From contig CANQVS010000004.1 in assembly GCA_947627345.1 (NCBI GenBank), positions 37,609-101,608 on the forward strand: 64,000 nucleotides of DNA, read 5' to 3'. Made by a program: the position numbers and the translations under genes. Below, piece after piece: positions 9,665-18,488 of the stretch. The first letter of the stretch is position 1; each line of letters opens with the position of its first letter. The notes beneath the pieces were generated by a model, which had not been told where the DNA came from, did not search any database, and saw only the letters and a program-made list of their open reading frames with translations. This DNA comes from an uncultured Clostridia bacterium. Lineage in GTDB: Bacteria; Bacillota; Clostridia; Oscillospirales; Acutalibacteraceae.

Positions 9665-10099
9665 ATGAGAAAGAAAATTAAAAAAATTACTGTGATTTTT
9701 GCCGTTGTATTTTTCTCTTTGGTCGCTGTTTTAACATATTTTTCGGATACAATTGACCGAATGCTTCTACCGCAGGTTAAAACCTGCGAGGCTGTTTTAA
9801 GCGATTTAAAAGGCAACACCAGAATATATAACAAATACCTTATTCCGAAATCGGTAATCACGGTTGACGGAGATGTGGGAACCGTTTACTATGCACAAAG
9901 AATTACAGACTTCAGCGATGAGGCGTATGTCTATGAATTACAGGTTTCAATAACGGGAAGCGACGAGCTTTACTACGAGGTTTCCAATTCAAACGGCGAT
10001 ATGTTTACCACAAGCTTACAGCTTATATATTCGTCCTCCAAAAATATTTCCGATGGCGACAGGGTTTATATCGTTGAGGAGGAATCCGATGAAGAATAA
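9665..10099 (+). CDS. Short membrane-fusion-protein-like adaptor
   Basis: N-terminal TM plus LPQV, then IPKSVI..GSDELYYEV..ISDGDRV resembling the MFP/YknX C-terminal domain; no central hairpin. Confidence 0.5.
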   Translation: MRKKIKKITVIFAVVFFSLVAVLTYFSDTIDRMLLPQVKTCEAVLSDLKGNTRIYNKYLIPKSVITVDGDVGTVYYAQRITDFSDEAYVYELQVSITGSDELYYEVSNSNGDMFTTSLQLIYSSSKNISDGDRVYIVEEESDEE

Positions 10100-11189
10100 A
10101 ATTGTTTCGGTTATTCTGAGCGTTTTGACCTTTGTATCTCTTTTCTTATTGCTTTTAACCGCCTCAAACGCCCTGAACAGTATCCCCTCTGTCACTCAAA
10201 TCAATTACAACAAATCTTCCGGCATAAAACCTTTTACCGTTTCAAAAGCGGTTGAAACAGACAAAAGAATAAACGAAATTTATGTAGGCGAACCGACGCT
10301 TTCATTTTGCGCTGAAGCAAAAGAAACTGAGGTGCGTGAAAATTCCGTTACTCCAGTGCTTGTCAATGAAAGATTTTTTAATAACTATAAAATTGACGCG
10401 GGAAATTTTGAAAAGAACAGCGCTGTAATAAGTAAAGATTTAGCGCTAAAGCTGTACCTTAACACTAACGCCGTGGGAAAACCGCTTGAACTTTTCGGTA
10501 AAACCTATAAGGTATCCGCGGTTTATGACAAGTTAGACGGACTTTGTTATGACGGAAAAGAGCGCGTGTATATACCGTATAACAGCGTCAAGAATTATGA
10601 AAGCTTTGAGGTTTCGGAATTCGCCTGCAAAAACGGCTCGCAGTCGGCTGTTGCTTTCACCCAGATGAAGCTTGAAAACTACTATTATACAAATTTAGCG
10701 GAGAAGAAAAAAGTAATAAATGATTTTATAAAGCTATCTATGCTTATTCTTTATTTTGTGTTTTTGGCTTTCGCTTTAAGGCTGAGAAAGTATCTATGCA
10801 AAAAATTCAAGGCGAACATCAACGACTCTTTAGAAACGAACTACGCGCTCAAAAGTATTAAAAAGTCATTAAAAAGCTATGTTGTGTATTACCTTTCCTT
10901 TTTCGGAATACCCGCTCTTTTAATCGCGCTGTTCATATTCGGAAATTTCGGAATTTATATTATCCCAAGCTACATACCGTACAATAATATTTTTGATATT
11001 CCGTATTATCTTGAACAGCTTACAAAATCCGTAAACGAATTTAACAGAACCGCCCTTGTCGGAAATCTGTTTTACATAAGGCTCTACCACGAAACATTCA
11101 ATTCGCTTGTTCACCAGACTTTAATTTTTCTTGCCCTTTCATTTTCGGCAACGGTCAGCTGGTTTATATCGTTTAGAAACGTTGACTAA
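10089..11189 (+). CDS. MacB-like ABC permease-family membrane protein
   Basis: TM, then an extracellular domain with AVISKDLALKLY..AVGKPLELFGKTYKVSAVY, then more TM helices. Confidence 0.6.
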   Translation: MKNKIVSVILSVLTFVSLFLLLLTASNALNSIPSVTQINYNKSSGIKPFTVSKAVETDKRINEIYVGEPTLSFCAEAKETEVRENSVTPVLVNERFFNNYKIDAGNFEKNSAVISKDLALKLYLNTNAVGKPLELFGKTYKVSAVYDKLDGLCYDGKERVYIPYNSVKNYESFEVSEFACKNGSQSAVAFTQMKLENYYYTNLAEKKKVINDFIKLSMLILYFVFLAFALRLRKYLCKKFKANINDSLETNYALKSIKKSLKSYVVYYLSFFGIPALLIALFIFGNFGIYIIPSYIPYNNIFDIPYYLEQLTKSVNEFNRTALVGNLFYIRLYHETFNSLVHQTLIFLALSFSATVSWFISFRNVD

Positions 11190-11246
11190 AAATTTCAATC
11201 GTGGTATCATAATAAATCGGTAAAACAGATTACGGAGTGAGCAGAT

Positions 11247-12023
11247 ATGAGAATTGTAATAAAGCTCGGAACATCAACTTTAGCGCATAAAACGGGACTT
11301 TTAAATATCAAAAGAGTTGAGAAATTGTGCAAGGTTATTTCCGATTTAAAAAACGCGGGAAACGAAATTATCCTTGTTTCTTCAGGCGCAATCGGAATGG
11401 GGCTCGGTAAAATTGGAATTAAAAAACGCCCCGATGATATTCCCACTAAACAGGCCGCCGCCGCTATCGGCCAATGCGAACTGATGTATACCTACGATAA
11501 GCTCTTCTCCGAATACAATCATACCGTAGCGCAGATACTTATGACAGGCGCGTATGTCGCTTTGGAGGATTACGGCAAAAACTTAAATAATACTCTGTTC
11601 AGACTTTTAGAACTCGGCGTTATTCCGATTATAAATGAAAACGATACGGTCACTACCGATGAAATTATTATCGGCGACAACGATACTTTAGGCGCTACAA
11701 TCGCGAATACTGTAAATGCAGATTTGCTGATTATCCTCTCAGATATTGACGGCCTCTATACGGGCGACCCCAATAATGACCCGAGCGCAAAGCGCATTGA
11801 CGCTGTAGATACTATTACAAAGGACATTGAAAATCTTGCAAGCAGCCGCGGTTCCGTACTCGGAACGGGCGGTATGGTTACAAAAATCAACGCCGCAAAA
11901 ATGGTAAATGAAAACGGAATTGATATGGTTGTCGCAAACGGCAGCAATCCCGAAATACTTTATGATATTTTAAACGGCGGCGGAATTTGTACACGCTTTA
12001 AAGGGAGAAAAAATGACAACTAA
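11247..12023 (+). CDS. proB: Glutamate 5-kinase (short form, no PUA domain)
   Basis: VIKLGTS, VSSGAI, PIINEND, GTGGMVTK. Confidence 0.97.
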   Translation: MRIVIKLGTSTLAHKTGLLNIKRVEKLCKVISDLKNAGNEIILVSSGAIGMGLGKIGIKKRPDDIPTKQAAAAIGQCELMYTYDKLFSEYNHTVAQILMTGAYVALEDYGKNLNNTLFRLLELGVIPIINENDTVTTDEIIIGDNDTLGATIANTVNADLLIILSDIDGLYTGDPNNDPSAKRIDAVDTITKDIENLASSRGSVLGTGGMVTKINAAKMVNENGIDMVVANGSNPEILYDILNGGGICTRFKGRKNDN

Positions 12024-13260
12024 AGAATTGCTTATAAAAGCGAAAAACGCAAAATCAAAATTAAACTCTGTTTCCGTTGAGCAAATAAACAGCGCTCTCA
12101 ATTCTATGGCGGACGCGCTGGTTAAAAACACGGATAAAATACTTACGGAAAACGCAAAGGATATTGAGAACGCAAGAGGTACCATCAGCGACGTTATGAT
12201 TGACCGCCTTGCGCTTTCCGAAAAAAGAATTAAGGATATGGCTGACGGAGTAAAAAATGTTGCTCTTCTCCCCTCTCCAATCGGCAGGGTTATTAAGAGA
12301 ACAGAACGTGACGACGGACTTGTCATCGAGAAAACCTCGGTTGCTCTCGGAGTTGTCGCTATAATATATGAAAGCAGGCCGAACGTCACCTCCGACGCAG
12401 CCGCGCTTGCGATAAAAAGCGGTAACGTCTGCGTTCTCCGCTGCGGAAAGGAAGCCCACAAAAGCGCGCAGGCTATTGTAAATGCCCTGCAAAACGGACT
12501 TGAAAACGCAGGTTTAAGCAGAGATTTCGTCCTCCTTGTCGAGGACACAACGCGCGGGAGCGCAAATGAACTTATGACCGCAGACGGATATGTTGACCTT
12601 CTTATTCCGAGGGGCGGAAAGGGCTTAATTACAGCCTGTGTAAACAACGCGACCGTCCCCTGTATTCAGACGGGAACGGGAATCTGCCACATTTATGTTG
12701 ACGAAAGCGCGGATATTGATATGGCTCTAAACATTGTAGAAAACGCCAAAACGAGCCGTCCGTCCGTCTGCAACGCGGAGGAAGTTTTAGTTGTAAACGA
12801 AAAAATAGCGAAGGAATTTCTTCCCAAATTAAAGGAAAGACTGGTTGACAAACGGAGTGAAAATCCCGTTGAACTTAGGCTTGATGACAGAGCGCAAAAA
12901 ATTATAGACGGCACTCCTGCCAAATCAGACGACTTCGATACGGAATTTTTAGACTATATTCTCGCTGTTAAAATCGTTGACAGCGTTGAAGATGCGATTG
13001 AGCATATAAATACCCACTCAACGGGACACAGCGAGGCAATAATAACAGAGGACAGCGTGTCTGCCGACAAATTCACGAGAGGGATTGACAGTTCGGCCGT
13101 TTATGTCAACGCAAGCACACGTTTTACGGACGGCGGAGAGTTTGGTCTGGGGTGCGAAATGGGAATTTCAACTCAAAAACTCCACGCAAGAGGTCCTATG
13201 GGACTTGAGGAGCTTAATACTTATAAATACATCATAAAAGGAACAGGTCAGGTGAGATAA
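12013..13260 (+). CDS. proA: Gamma-glutamyl phosphate reductase
   Basis: IIYESRPNVT, PSVCNAEE, VNASTRFTDG, STQKLHARGPMG. Confidence 0.97.
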   Translation: MTTKELLIKAKNAKSKLNSVSVEQINSALNSMADALVKNTDKILTENAKDIENARGTISDVMIDRLALSEKRIKDMADGVKNVALLPSPIGRVIKRTERDDGLVIEKTSVALGVVAIIYESRPNVTSDAAALAIKSGNVCVLRCGKEAHKSAQAIVNALQNGLENAGLSRDFVLLVEDTTRGSANELMTADGYVDLLIPRGGKGLITACVNNATVPCIQTGTGICHIYVDESADIDMALNIVENAKTSRPSVCNAEEVLVVNEKIAKEFLPKLKERLVDKRSENPVELRLDDRAQKIIDGTPAKSDDFDTEFLDYILAVKIVDSVEDAIEHINTHSTGHSEAIITEDSVSADKFTRGIDSSAVYVNASTRFTDGGEFGLGCEMGISTQKLHARGPMGLEELNTYKYIIKGTGQVR

Positions 13261-14061
13261 ATGCACACATTCGGATTTATCGGCGCGGGAAATATGGGCG
13301 GAGCGCTTGCTAAGGCAGTTTCAAAAAGCACGAAAAATATTTTAATTTCCGACCATTTCTCTGACAAGGCCGAACATCTTGCGGATAAAACAGGCGGTAA
13401 AGCCGTAGATAATATTCAAATCGCAGAAAGATGTCAATATATTTTTCTCGGTGTTAAACCGCAAATGATGTCTGATATGCTTGTAGAAATTAAAGATAAT
13501 TTAAAAAACAGAACCGATGATTTTGTACTTGTTACAATGGCGGCAGGACTTACTATTGAAACAATCCGTGCTATGTCGGGCAGTAATTATAAGGTTATAA
13601 GAATTATGCCTAACACACCCGTAGAAGTCGGCGAGGGGCAAATTCTTTACTGCAAAAGCGATAACGTAACTGATGATGAGCTTGACGCATTTCTTGAAAA
13701 TATGAAATATGCGGGCAGATTGACCGAAATTTCCGAAAGCCTTATGGACGCGGGATGCTCACTGTCGGGCTGCGGACCCGCGTTTGTTTATATGTTCATA
13801 CGCGCGCTTGCACAAGGCGGAATTGAATGCGGAATCGACGAAAAAACCGCTTTGACACTGGCTGCGCAGACTGTACTCGGAAGCTCTAAGCTTTTGATTG
13901 AGAGCGGCGAGGAGCCGTCCGCACTCATTGAAAAGGTCTGCTCCCCGGGAGGCAGTACGATTGAGGGCGTTAAATCTCTCGATAACGACAACCTTGAAGA
14001 TGTAATTATAAACGCTGTTCTTGCCTCTTATGAGAGGAACATTGAACTCGGAAAATCATAA
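13261..14061 (+). CDS. proC: Pyrroline-5-carboxylate reductase
   Basis: GFIGAGNMG, RIMPNTP, SGCGPAF, VCSPGGSTI. Confidence 0.97.
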   Translation: MHTFGFIGAGNMGGALAKAVSKSTKNILISDHFSDKAEHLADKTGGKAVDNIQIAERCQYIFLGVKPQMMSDMLVEIKDNLKNRTDDFVLVTMAAGLTIETIRAMSGSNYKVIRIMPNTPVEVGEGQILYCKSDNVTDDELDAFLENMKYAGRLTEISESLMDAGCSLSGCGPAFVYMFIRALAQGGIECGIDEKTALTLAAQTVLGSSKLLIESGEEPSALIEKVCSPGGSTIEGVKSLDNDNLEDVIINAVLASYERNIELGKS

Positions 14062-14081
14062 AACAAAACAATGGTCAAGCT

Positions 14082-14112
14082 AAAGAATTGCGCCTTTTGG
14101 CGCTTTTCTTTT
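14082..14112 (+). terminator. Probable terminator of proBAC
   Basis: AAAGAA..GCGCC-tttt-GGCGC..TTTTCTTTT. Confidence 0.55.
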
Positions 14113-14253
14113 GCATGATTTCGTCATAATATTATATATTTAAAAACAAATATTAATTTTTCGTCATAAAGGTTGCTATAACCCCTTCTTATATGATATA
14201 ATATTATATAATTATATATCTTTACATTTCGTTTGAAGTGTACGGAGGAGAAT

Positions 14254-15276
14254 ATGGAAAAAATTATTACGTTCGCGGTACCTTGTTATAATTCCGCTGA
14301 ATATATGGACCATTGTATAAACACGCTCCTGTCGGTCGGAGAGGATGCTGAGATAATTCTTGTTGACGATGGTTCCGCAAAGGACAATACTCCCGAAATC
14401 TGTGACAGCTATGCGGAAAAATATCCCAACATTATTAAGGTCATACACCAGGAAAACGGCGGTCACGGCGAGGGTGTTAATCAGGGCTTAAAAAACGCGA
14501 CGGGAACTTATTATAAAGTCGTAGACAGTGACGACTGGCTCGATACCGAGGCTTTACAGAAGGTTATCATCAAGCTAAAAGAACTTGAAAATAAAAATCT
14601 TGATATGATGATTTGCAATTACGTTTATGAGCATGTCGAGGACAATACAACCCACACTATGCACTACAAAAACGTTTTTCCGCAAAATACAGTTTTCTCG
14701 TGGGACGATATAAGCGGTTTCAGCATTTCACAATGCCTGCTTATGCACTCGGTAATCTACAGGACGCAACTCCTTAAAGATTGTAAGGTAGACCTTCCTA
14801 AGCATACATTTTATGTTGACAATATTTTCGTTTACCAGCCGTTACCGTTTGTCAAAAACATTTATTATATGGACCTTGATTTGTACCGTTATTTTATCGG
14901 CAGAGAGGACCAGAGCGTTAACGAAAAGGTTATGGCGTCAAGAATTGACCAACAGCTCCGTGTTACAAAAATTATGATTGACTCTCATAAAATTGACGAT
15001 GTATATAAGGTAAGCAAAAAGCTCGGAAAATATATGAGAAAATACATAACTATGATGATGACAATTTCCAACATTTTCTGCGAGCTTTGCGAATATCCCG
15101 ACAAGGACGAAAAACGCAAAGACCTTTGGAAGTATCTGAAAGACAAAGATAAAAAGCTTTACAACCACGTCAGATTTCATACAATATGGAGCTTTGCAAA
15201 TATTCAGAACACCCCCGGCAGAAAGCTTGCAATATTCCTCTATAGAATTGCAAGAAAAATTTATAAATTTAACTAA
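14254..15276 (+). CDS. Glycosyltransferase family 2
   Basis: VPCYN, ILVDDGS, NGGHGEGVNQG, VVDSDDW; GGAGGAG RBS. Confidence 0.93.
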   Translation: MEKIITFAVPCYNSAEYMDHCINTLLSVGEDAEIILVDDGSAKDNTPEICDSYAEKYPNIIKVIHQENGGHGEGVNQGLKNATGTYYKVVDSDDWLDTEALQKVIIKLKELENKNLDMMICNYVYEHVEDNTTHTMHYKNVFPQNTVFSWDDISGFSISQCLLMHSVIYRTQLLKDCKVDLPKHTFYVDNIFVYQPLPFVKNIYYMDLDLYRYFIGREDQSVNEKVMASRIDQQLRVTKIMIDSHKIDDVYKVSKKLGKYMRKYITMMMTISNIFCELCEYPDKDEKRKDLWKYLKDKDKKLYNHVRFHTIWSFANIQNTPGRKLAIFLYRIARKIYKFN

Positions 15277-15280
15277 GCTT

Positions 15281-15312
15281 AACCCCCTCCGCATTAACGG
15301 CGGGGGTTCTTT
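15281..15312 (+). terminator. Terminator after the GT2 gene
   Basis: AACCCCC..GGGGGTT stem followed by CTTT. Confidence 0.65.
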
Positions 15313-15332
15313 ATATACCTTTTAACTTTATG

Positions 15333-15361
15333 TTGAATATTACAATTTACCGTGCTATAAT
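15333..15361 (+). promoter_or_regulatory. Sigma-A promoter with extended -10
   Basis: TTGAAT-17-TGcTATAAT. Confidence 0.8.
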
Positions 15362-15367
15362 GATAGT

Positions 15368-15565
15368 GTCAAATAATAATACAATTTAATAATCAATTAA
15401 TAGTTATGATATGTATAATGTCATTATAAGCGGGTATTTTATTTTTAAAAATACTGGCTCTATTTATCATTCCGCTTTAGTGGCATTAATTGATATTGTA
15501 TAATTGTTTGGCGACAATCGGAGCTATGTGTTTTTGGCGTACGACTTCGGTTGTGCGCTTTTTTA
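15368..15565 (+). ncRNA. Structured 5' leader, copy 1 (candidate attenuator or riboswitch)
   Basis: Nested stems by eye; about 60 nt of near-identity with 17369-17430; ends in GCGTACGAC-TTCG-GTTGTGCGC-TTTTTT before the RBS. Confidence 0.7.
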
Positions 15566-15588
15566 TTTTTATTAAAGGAGAAAACAGT

Positions 15589-17154
15589 ATGAAGTTTCAA
15601 GCAAAAAAATCAGTCGGCTTGCTGTTGTCATTTTTAATGATTATCAGCTTATTTACTGCTATGCCATTTACCGCGGGAGCTGTAACATCTGCAATAAGCG
15701 GTGATTTTGGGTACGACATTCTTGACGACGGTACGGCGGAAATTACGTTTTATTACGGAAATGCAACAACCCTCGAACTTCCCAGCACGCTTGACGGATA
15801 TACTGTTACAAGTATAGGAAGTTCTGCATTTTCTTATGAAACACTTACAAGCGTAACAATACCTGACAGCGTTACAAGTATAGGTGATTATGCATTTTAT
15901 GAATGCGCAAGCTTGAAAGATGTAACAATCCCCAACAGTGTTACAAGTATAGGTGTAAGTGCATTTGGATATTGTTCAAACCTTACAAATGTAAAAATAG
16001 GAAATAGAGTTACAAGTATAGGTGATTATGCATTTTGGGTTTGTGAAAGTCTTACAAGTATAACAATCCCCGACAATGTTACAAGTATAGGTGATAGCGC
16101 GTTTAAAGATTGCACAAACCTTACAAACGTAACAATAGGCAACAGTGTTACAAGTATAGGTGATTATGCATTTTATGAATGCACAAGCTTGAAAGATGTA
16201 ACAATCCCCAACAGTGTTACAAGTATAGGTGTAAGTGCATTTGGAAAATGCACAAGTCTTACAAGTGTAAAAATGGGCAATAGTGTTACAAGTATAGGTG
16301 ATTATACATTTTATAATTGTACTAACCTTACAAGCATAACAATTCCCGACAGCGTTACAAATATAGGTGATTATGCATTTTATGAATGCATAAGTCTTAC
16401 AAGTGTAAAAATAGGCAACAGTGTTACAAGTATAGGTTTTGTCGCGTTTAAAGATTGCGCAAGCCTTACAAGTGTAATAATAGGCAACAGTGTTACAAGT
16501 ATAGGAGATTGGGCATTTGAAAATTGCACAAGTCTTAAAAGCGTAACAATTCCGAGTAGCGTTACGAAAATAGATTTTGAGGCGTTTGGATATTATAATG
16601 ATGAAAATGATAAATACTATAAAGTAAAAAACTTTACTATTACAGGCTGCAGCGGTACAGAGGCTGAAAAATACGCAAAGGAAAACGAATTTAAATTTAT
16701 AAATATAGGAACAGACGTCAAACTCAAAAAATCCTCCGCTACTGTTTATGTAAAAGGAACGGCGCAAATCAAAGCGACAGTTAAGAACGGCAAAGGAAAA
16801 ACAACCTATAAAACAAGCAATAAAAAGGTCGCAAAGGTTACTTCAAGCGGAAAGGTGACGGGTATTAAGAAGGGCACGGCAACAATTACCGTAACCAACA
16901 ACGGCGTGTCAAAGAAGTTTAAAGTTACAGTTAAAAACCCGAAGCTGAACAAGAGCAAACTAACTCTGAAAAAAGGAAAATCCTTTAAATTAAGTATTAA
17001 AGGAAAGGTAGGAAATACCAAGTTTACCTCAAGCGACAAAAAGGTTGCGACCGTCAGCAAAAAGGGTAACATTAAAGCCAAGAAGAAAGGCAAAGCTAAA
17101 ATTACCGTAAAGACAAACGGTATGAAACTAAAATGCAAAATTACGGTTAAATAA
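15589..17154 (+). CDS. BspA-type (TpLRR/LRR_5) leucine-rich repeat surface protein with C-terminal tandem Big_2-type modules
   Basis: Signal peptide; about 12 repeats of 23 aa VTSIGxxAFxxCxxLTSVTIPxS; AAAGGAG RBS before ATG 15589. Confidence 0.92.
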   Translation: MKFQAKKSVGLLLSFLMIISLFTAMPFTAGAVTSAISGDFGYDILDDGTAEITFYYGNATTLELPSTLDGYTVTSIGSSAFSYETLTSVTIPDSVTSIGDYAFYECASLKDVTIPNSVTSIGVSAFGYCSNLTNVKIGNRVTSIGDYAFWVCESLTSITIPDNVTSIGDSAFKDCTNLTNVTIGNSVTSIGDYAFYECTSLKDVTIPNSVTSIGVSAFGKCTSLTSVKMGNSVTSIGDYTFYNCTNLTSITIPDSVTNIGDYAFYECISLTSVKIGNSVTSIGFVAFKDCASLTSVIIGNSVTSIGDWAFENCTSLKSVTIPSSVTKIDFEAFGYYNDENDKYYKVKNFTITGCSGTEAEKYAKENEFKFINIGTDVKLKKSSATVYVKGTAQIKATVKNGKGKTTYKTSNKKVAKVTSSGKVTGIKKGTATITVTNNGVSKKFKVTVKNPKLNKSKLTLKKGKSFKLSIKGKVGNTKFTSSDKKVATVSKKGNIKAKKKGKAKITVKTNGMKLKCKITVK

Positions 17155-17164
17155 ATTATGAAAG

Positions 17165-17204
17165 AAAGCACCCTGAATGTCTATGACATTCAGGGTGCTT
17201 TTTT
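17165..17204 (+). terminator. Intrinsic terminator after the LRR gene
   Basis: AAAGCACCCTGAATGTC / GACATTCAGGGTGCTTT plus T-tract. Confidence 0.9.
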
Positions 17205-17225
17205 AGTTATAGTGAAATATTTTTC

Positions 17226-17254
17226 TTGATTCGCATATTAATATATGATATACT
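17226..17254 (+). promoter_or_regulatory. Sigma-A promoter with extended -10
   Basis: TTGATT-17-TGaTATACT. Confidence 0.8.
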
Positions 17255-17260
17255 ATTTTT

Positions 17261-17430
17261 GCCAAACAAATCTGAATAATTTTACTGTTTTTACATAACG
17301 TAAGTTTGTATTTTATGATAAAAATACAGGCTCTTTATTTGCATACTTGCGTTATGTTAATTACAGATTTGTTTGGCGACAATCGGAGCTATGTGTTTTT
17401 GGCGTACGACTTCGGTTGTACGCTTTTTTA
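17261..17430 (+). ncRNA. Structured 5' leader, copy 2
   Basis: GCCAAACAAATCTG (17261-74) is the exact reverse complement of 17364-77; inner stems; same 3' motif and UUCG terminator as copy 1. Confidence 0.7.
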
Positions 17431-17450
17431 TTTTTTATGGGAGGAAGAAA

Positions 17451-18167
17451 ATGAACCGCAAACAAAAAATTATCGTACTTACATACAACGTTCCGCATAG
17501 AAAAACCTATGACGTATTGTGCCTGCTGAAATCAAGAGGATATGAAAATGTTCATATTTACGCAAAACCTATGCACTATAAAAAGAAAAAATACCCTTTA
17601 ATTTGCCACCGCCCCGATATGCCGTATAACATACCGCCAAAGCAAATTTGCACCGCGTTTGATTATGAATATCAGGAAATATCTGAATATGATGATAAAA
17701 GTCTTGATAAAAACGGAATATATCTTATATGCGGAGCAGGTATTCTTCCTGACGATTTTATAAGCAACAGAACAATAATTAATGCTCACCCCGGATATAT
17801 TCCCAATTGCCGTGGGTTAGACGCTTTAAAGTGGGCAATTTGGGACGGCGAACCTATAGGCGTAACCGCCCATTTAATCGGGGATGAGGTTGACGCGGGA
17901 ATTGTTTTAATTAGAAAGACTATAAATGTATCTGCATATGATACCTTTCACTCGGTTGCAACCAAGGTTTACGAAAGTGAAATATCCGCCCTTGTTGACG
18001 CGGTTGAAGAGGTTTGCGAGGGAAGAACTCTCGGAGTTTTTCACGGTAATAATTTTGAGGTACATAAAAGAATGCCTGAATATTTAGAGAAAGATTTGTT
18101 CAAAAAATTTGAACAGTATAAAAAAAGAAATACCGATACAAAAATACTGAAAGGAGATAAAAAATGA
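17451..18167 (+). CDS. Formyltransferase-family protein (PurN/Fmt fold)
   Basis: IINAHPGYIPNCRG..GVTAHLIGDEVDAG; GGGAGG RBS before ATG 17451. Confidence 0.8.
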   Translation: MNRKQKIIVLTYNVPHRKTYDVLCLLKSRGYENVHIYAKPMHYKKKKYPLICHRPDMPYNIPPKQICTAFDYEYQEISEYDDKSLDKNGIYLICGAGILPDDFISNRTIINAHPGYIPNCRGLDALKWAIWDGEPIGVTAHLIGDEVDAGIVLIRKTINVSAYDTFHSVATKVYESEISALVDAVEEVCEGRTLGVFHGNNFEVHKRMPEYLEKDLFKKFEQYKKRNTDTKILKGDKK

Positions 18168-18442
18168 GCTATAATATGAAAGACGTCTACCCTAACTGGG
18201 ACTTTGAATTGCACGGAACTTCTACAATTGAAAATCCGATTGATAACACTTTAATAAAAGTAGAAAAAAACGATAAGAATCTTTTAAATAATTTGACGGG
18301 CCATAAATATTGCGTAATAGTTACAGATAAAGACGAATTGCCCGAAAATAAAAACATAATGACTTACAACTTCTTTTTATATCCTGATGATATTAATCGC
18401 GAATATAAAAGAATTAAAAGTAAAATAAAAGAAAATTCTTAA
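18164..18442 (+). CDS. 92 aa AT-rich hypothetical protein, possibly a truncated acyltransferase N-terminal domain
   Basis: Coupled to the formyltransferase stop; faint LpxD N-terminal-like pattern by eye only. Confidence 0.35.
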   Translation: MSYNMKDVYPNWDFELHGTSTIENPIDNTLIKVEKNDKNLLNNLTGHKYCVIVTDKDELPENKNIMTYNFFLYPDDINREYKRIKSKIKENS

Positions 18443-18488
18443 TTTTAAAACCTTAAATTTATATTAAATAAGGCGTATGGGTATCCTT

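Noticed and set aside
11970-12647. Long antisense ORFs over proA, tuf, glgB and r-protein genes
   Set aside because: Shadows of well-supported genes, with no RBS or recognisable motifs.
15490-15588. N-terminal extensions in the ORF track (15490 and 17373 starts) sharing ATIGAMCFWRTTSVVRFFIF
   Set aside because: The shared peptide is the translated RNA motif and terminator; strong RBSs place the starts at 15589 and 17451.
15976-16767. 263 aa minus-strand repetitive ORF
   Set aside because: Antisense shadow of the LRR repeats.
15589-17154. Diversity-generating retroelement target
   Set aside because: No reverse transcriptase or template repeat in the window, and the variation is not adenine-specific.
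17261-17430. ZTP (pfl), THF, T-box, c-di-GMP or M-box riboswitch upstream of the formyltransferase
   Set aside because: The hallmark conserved nucleotides of these classes are not visible by eye. An Rfam scan is still needed.
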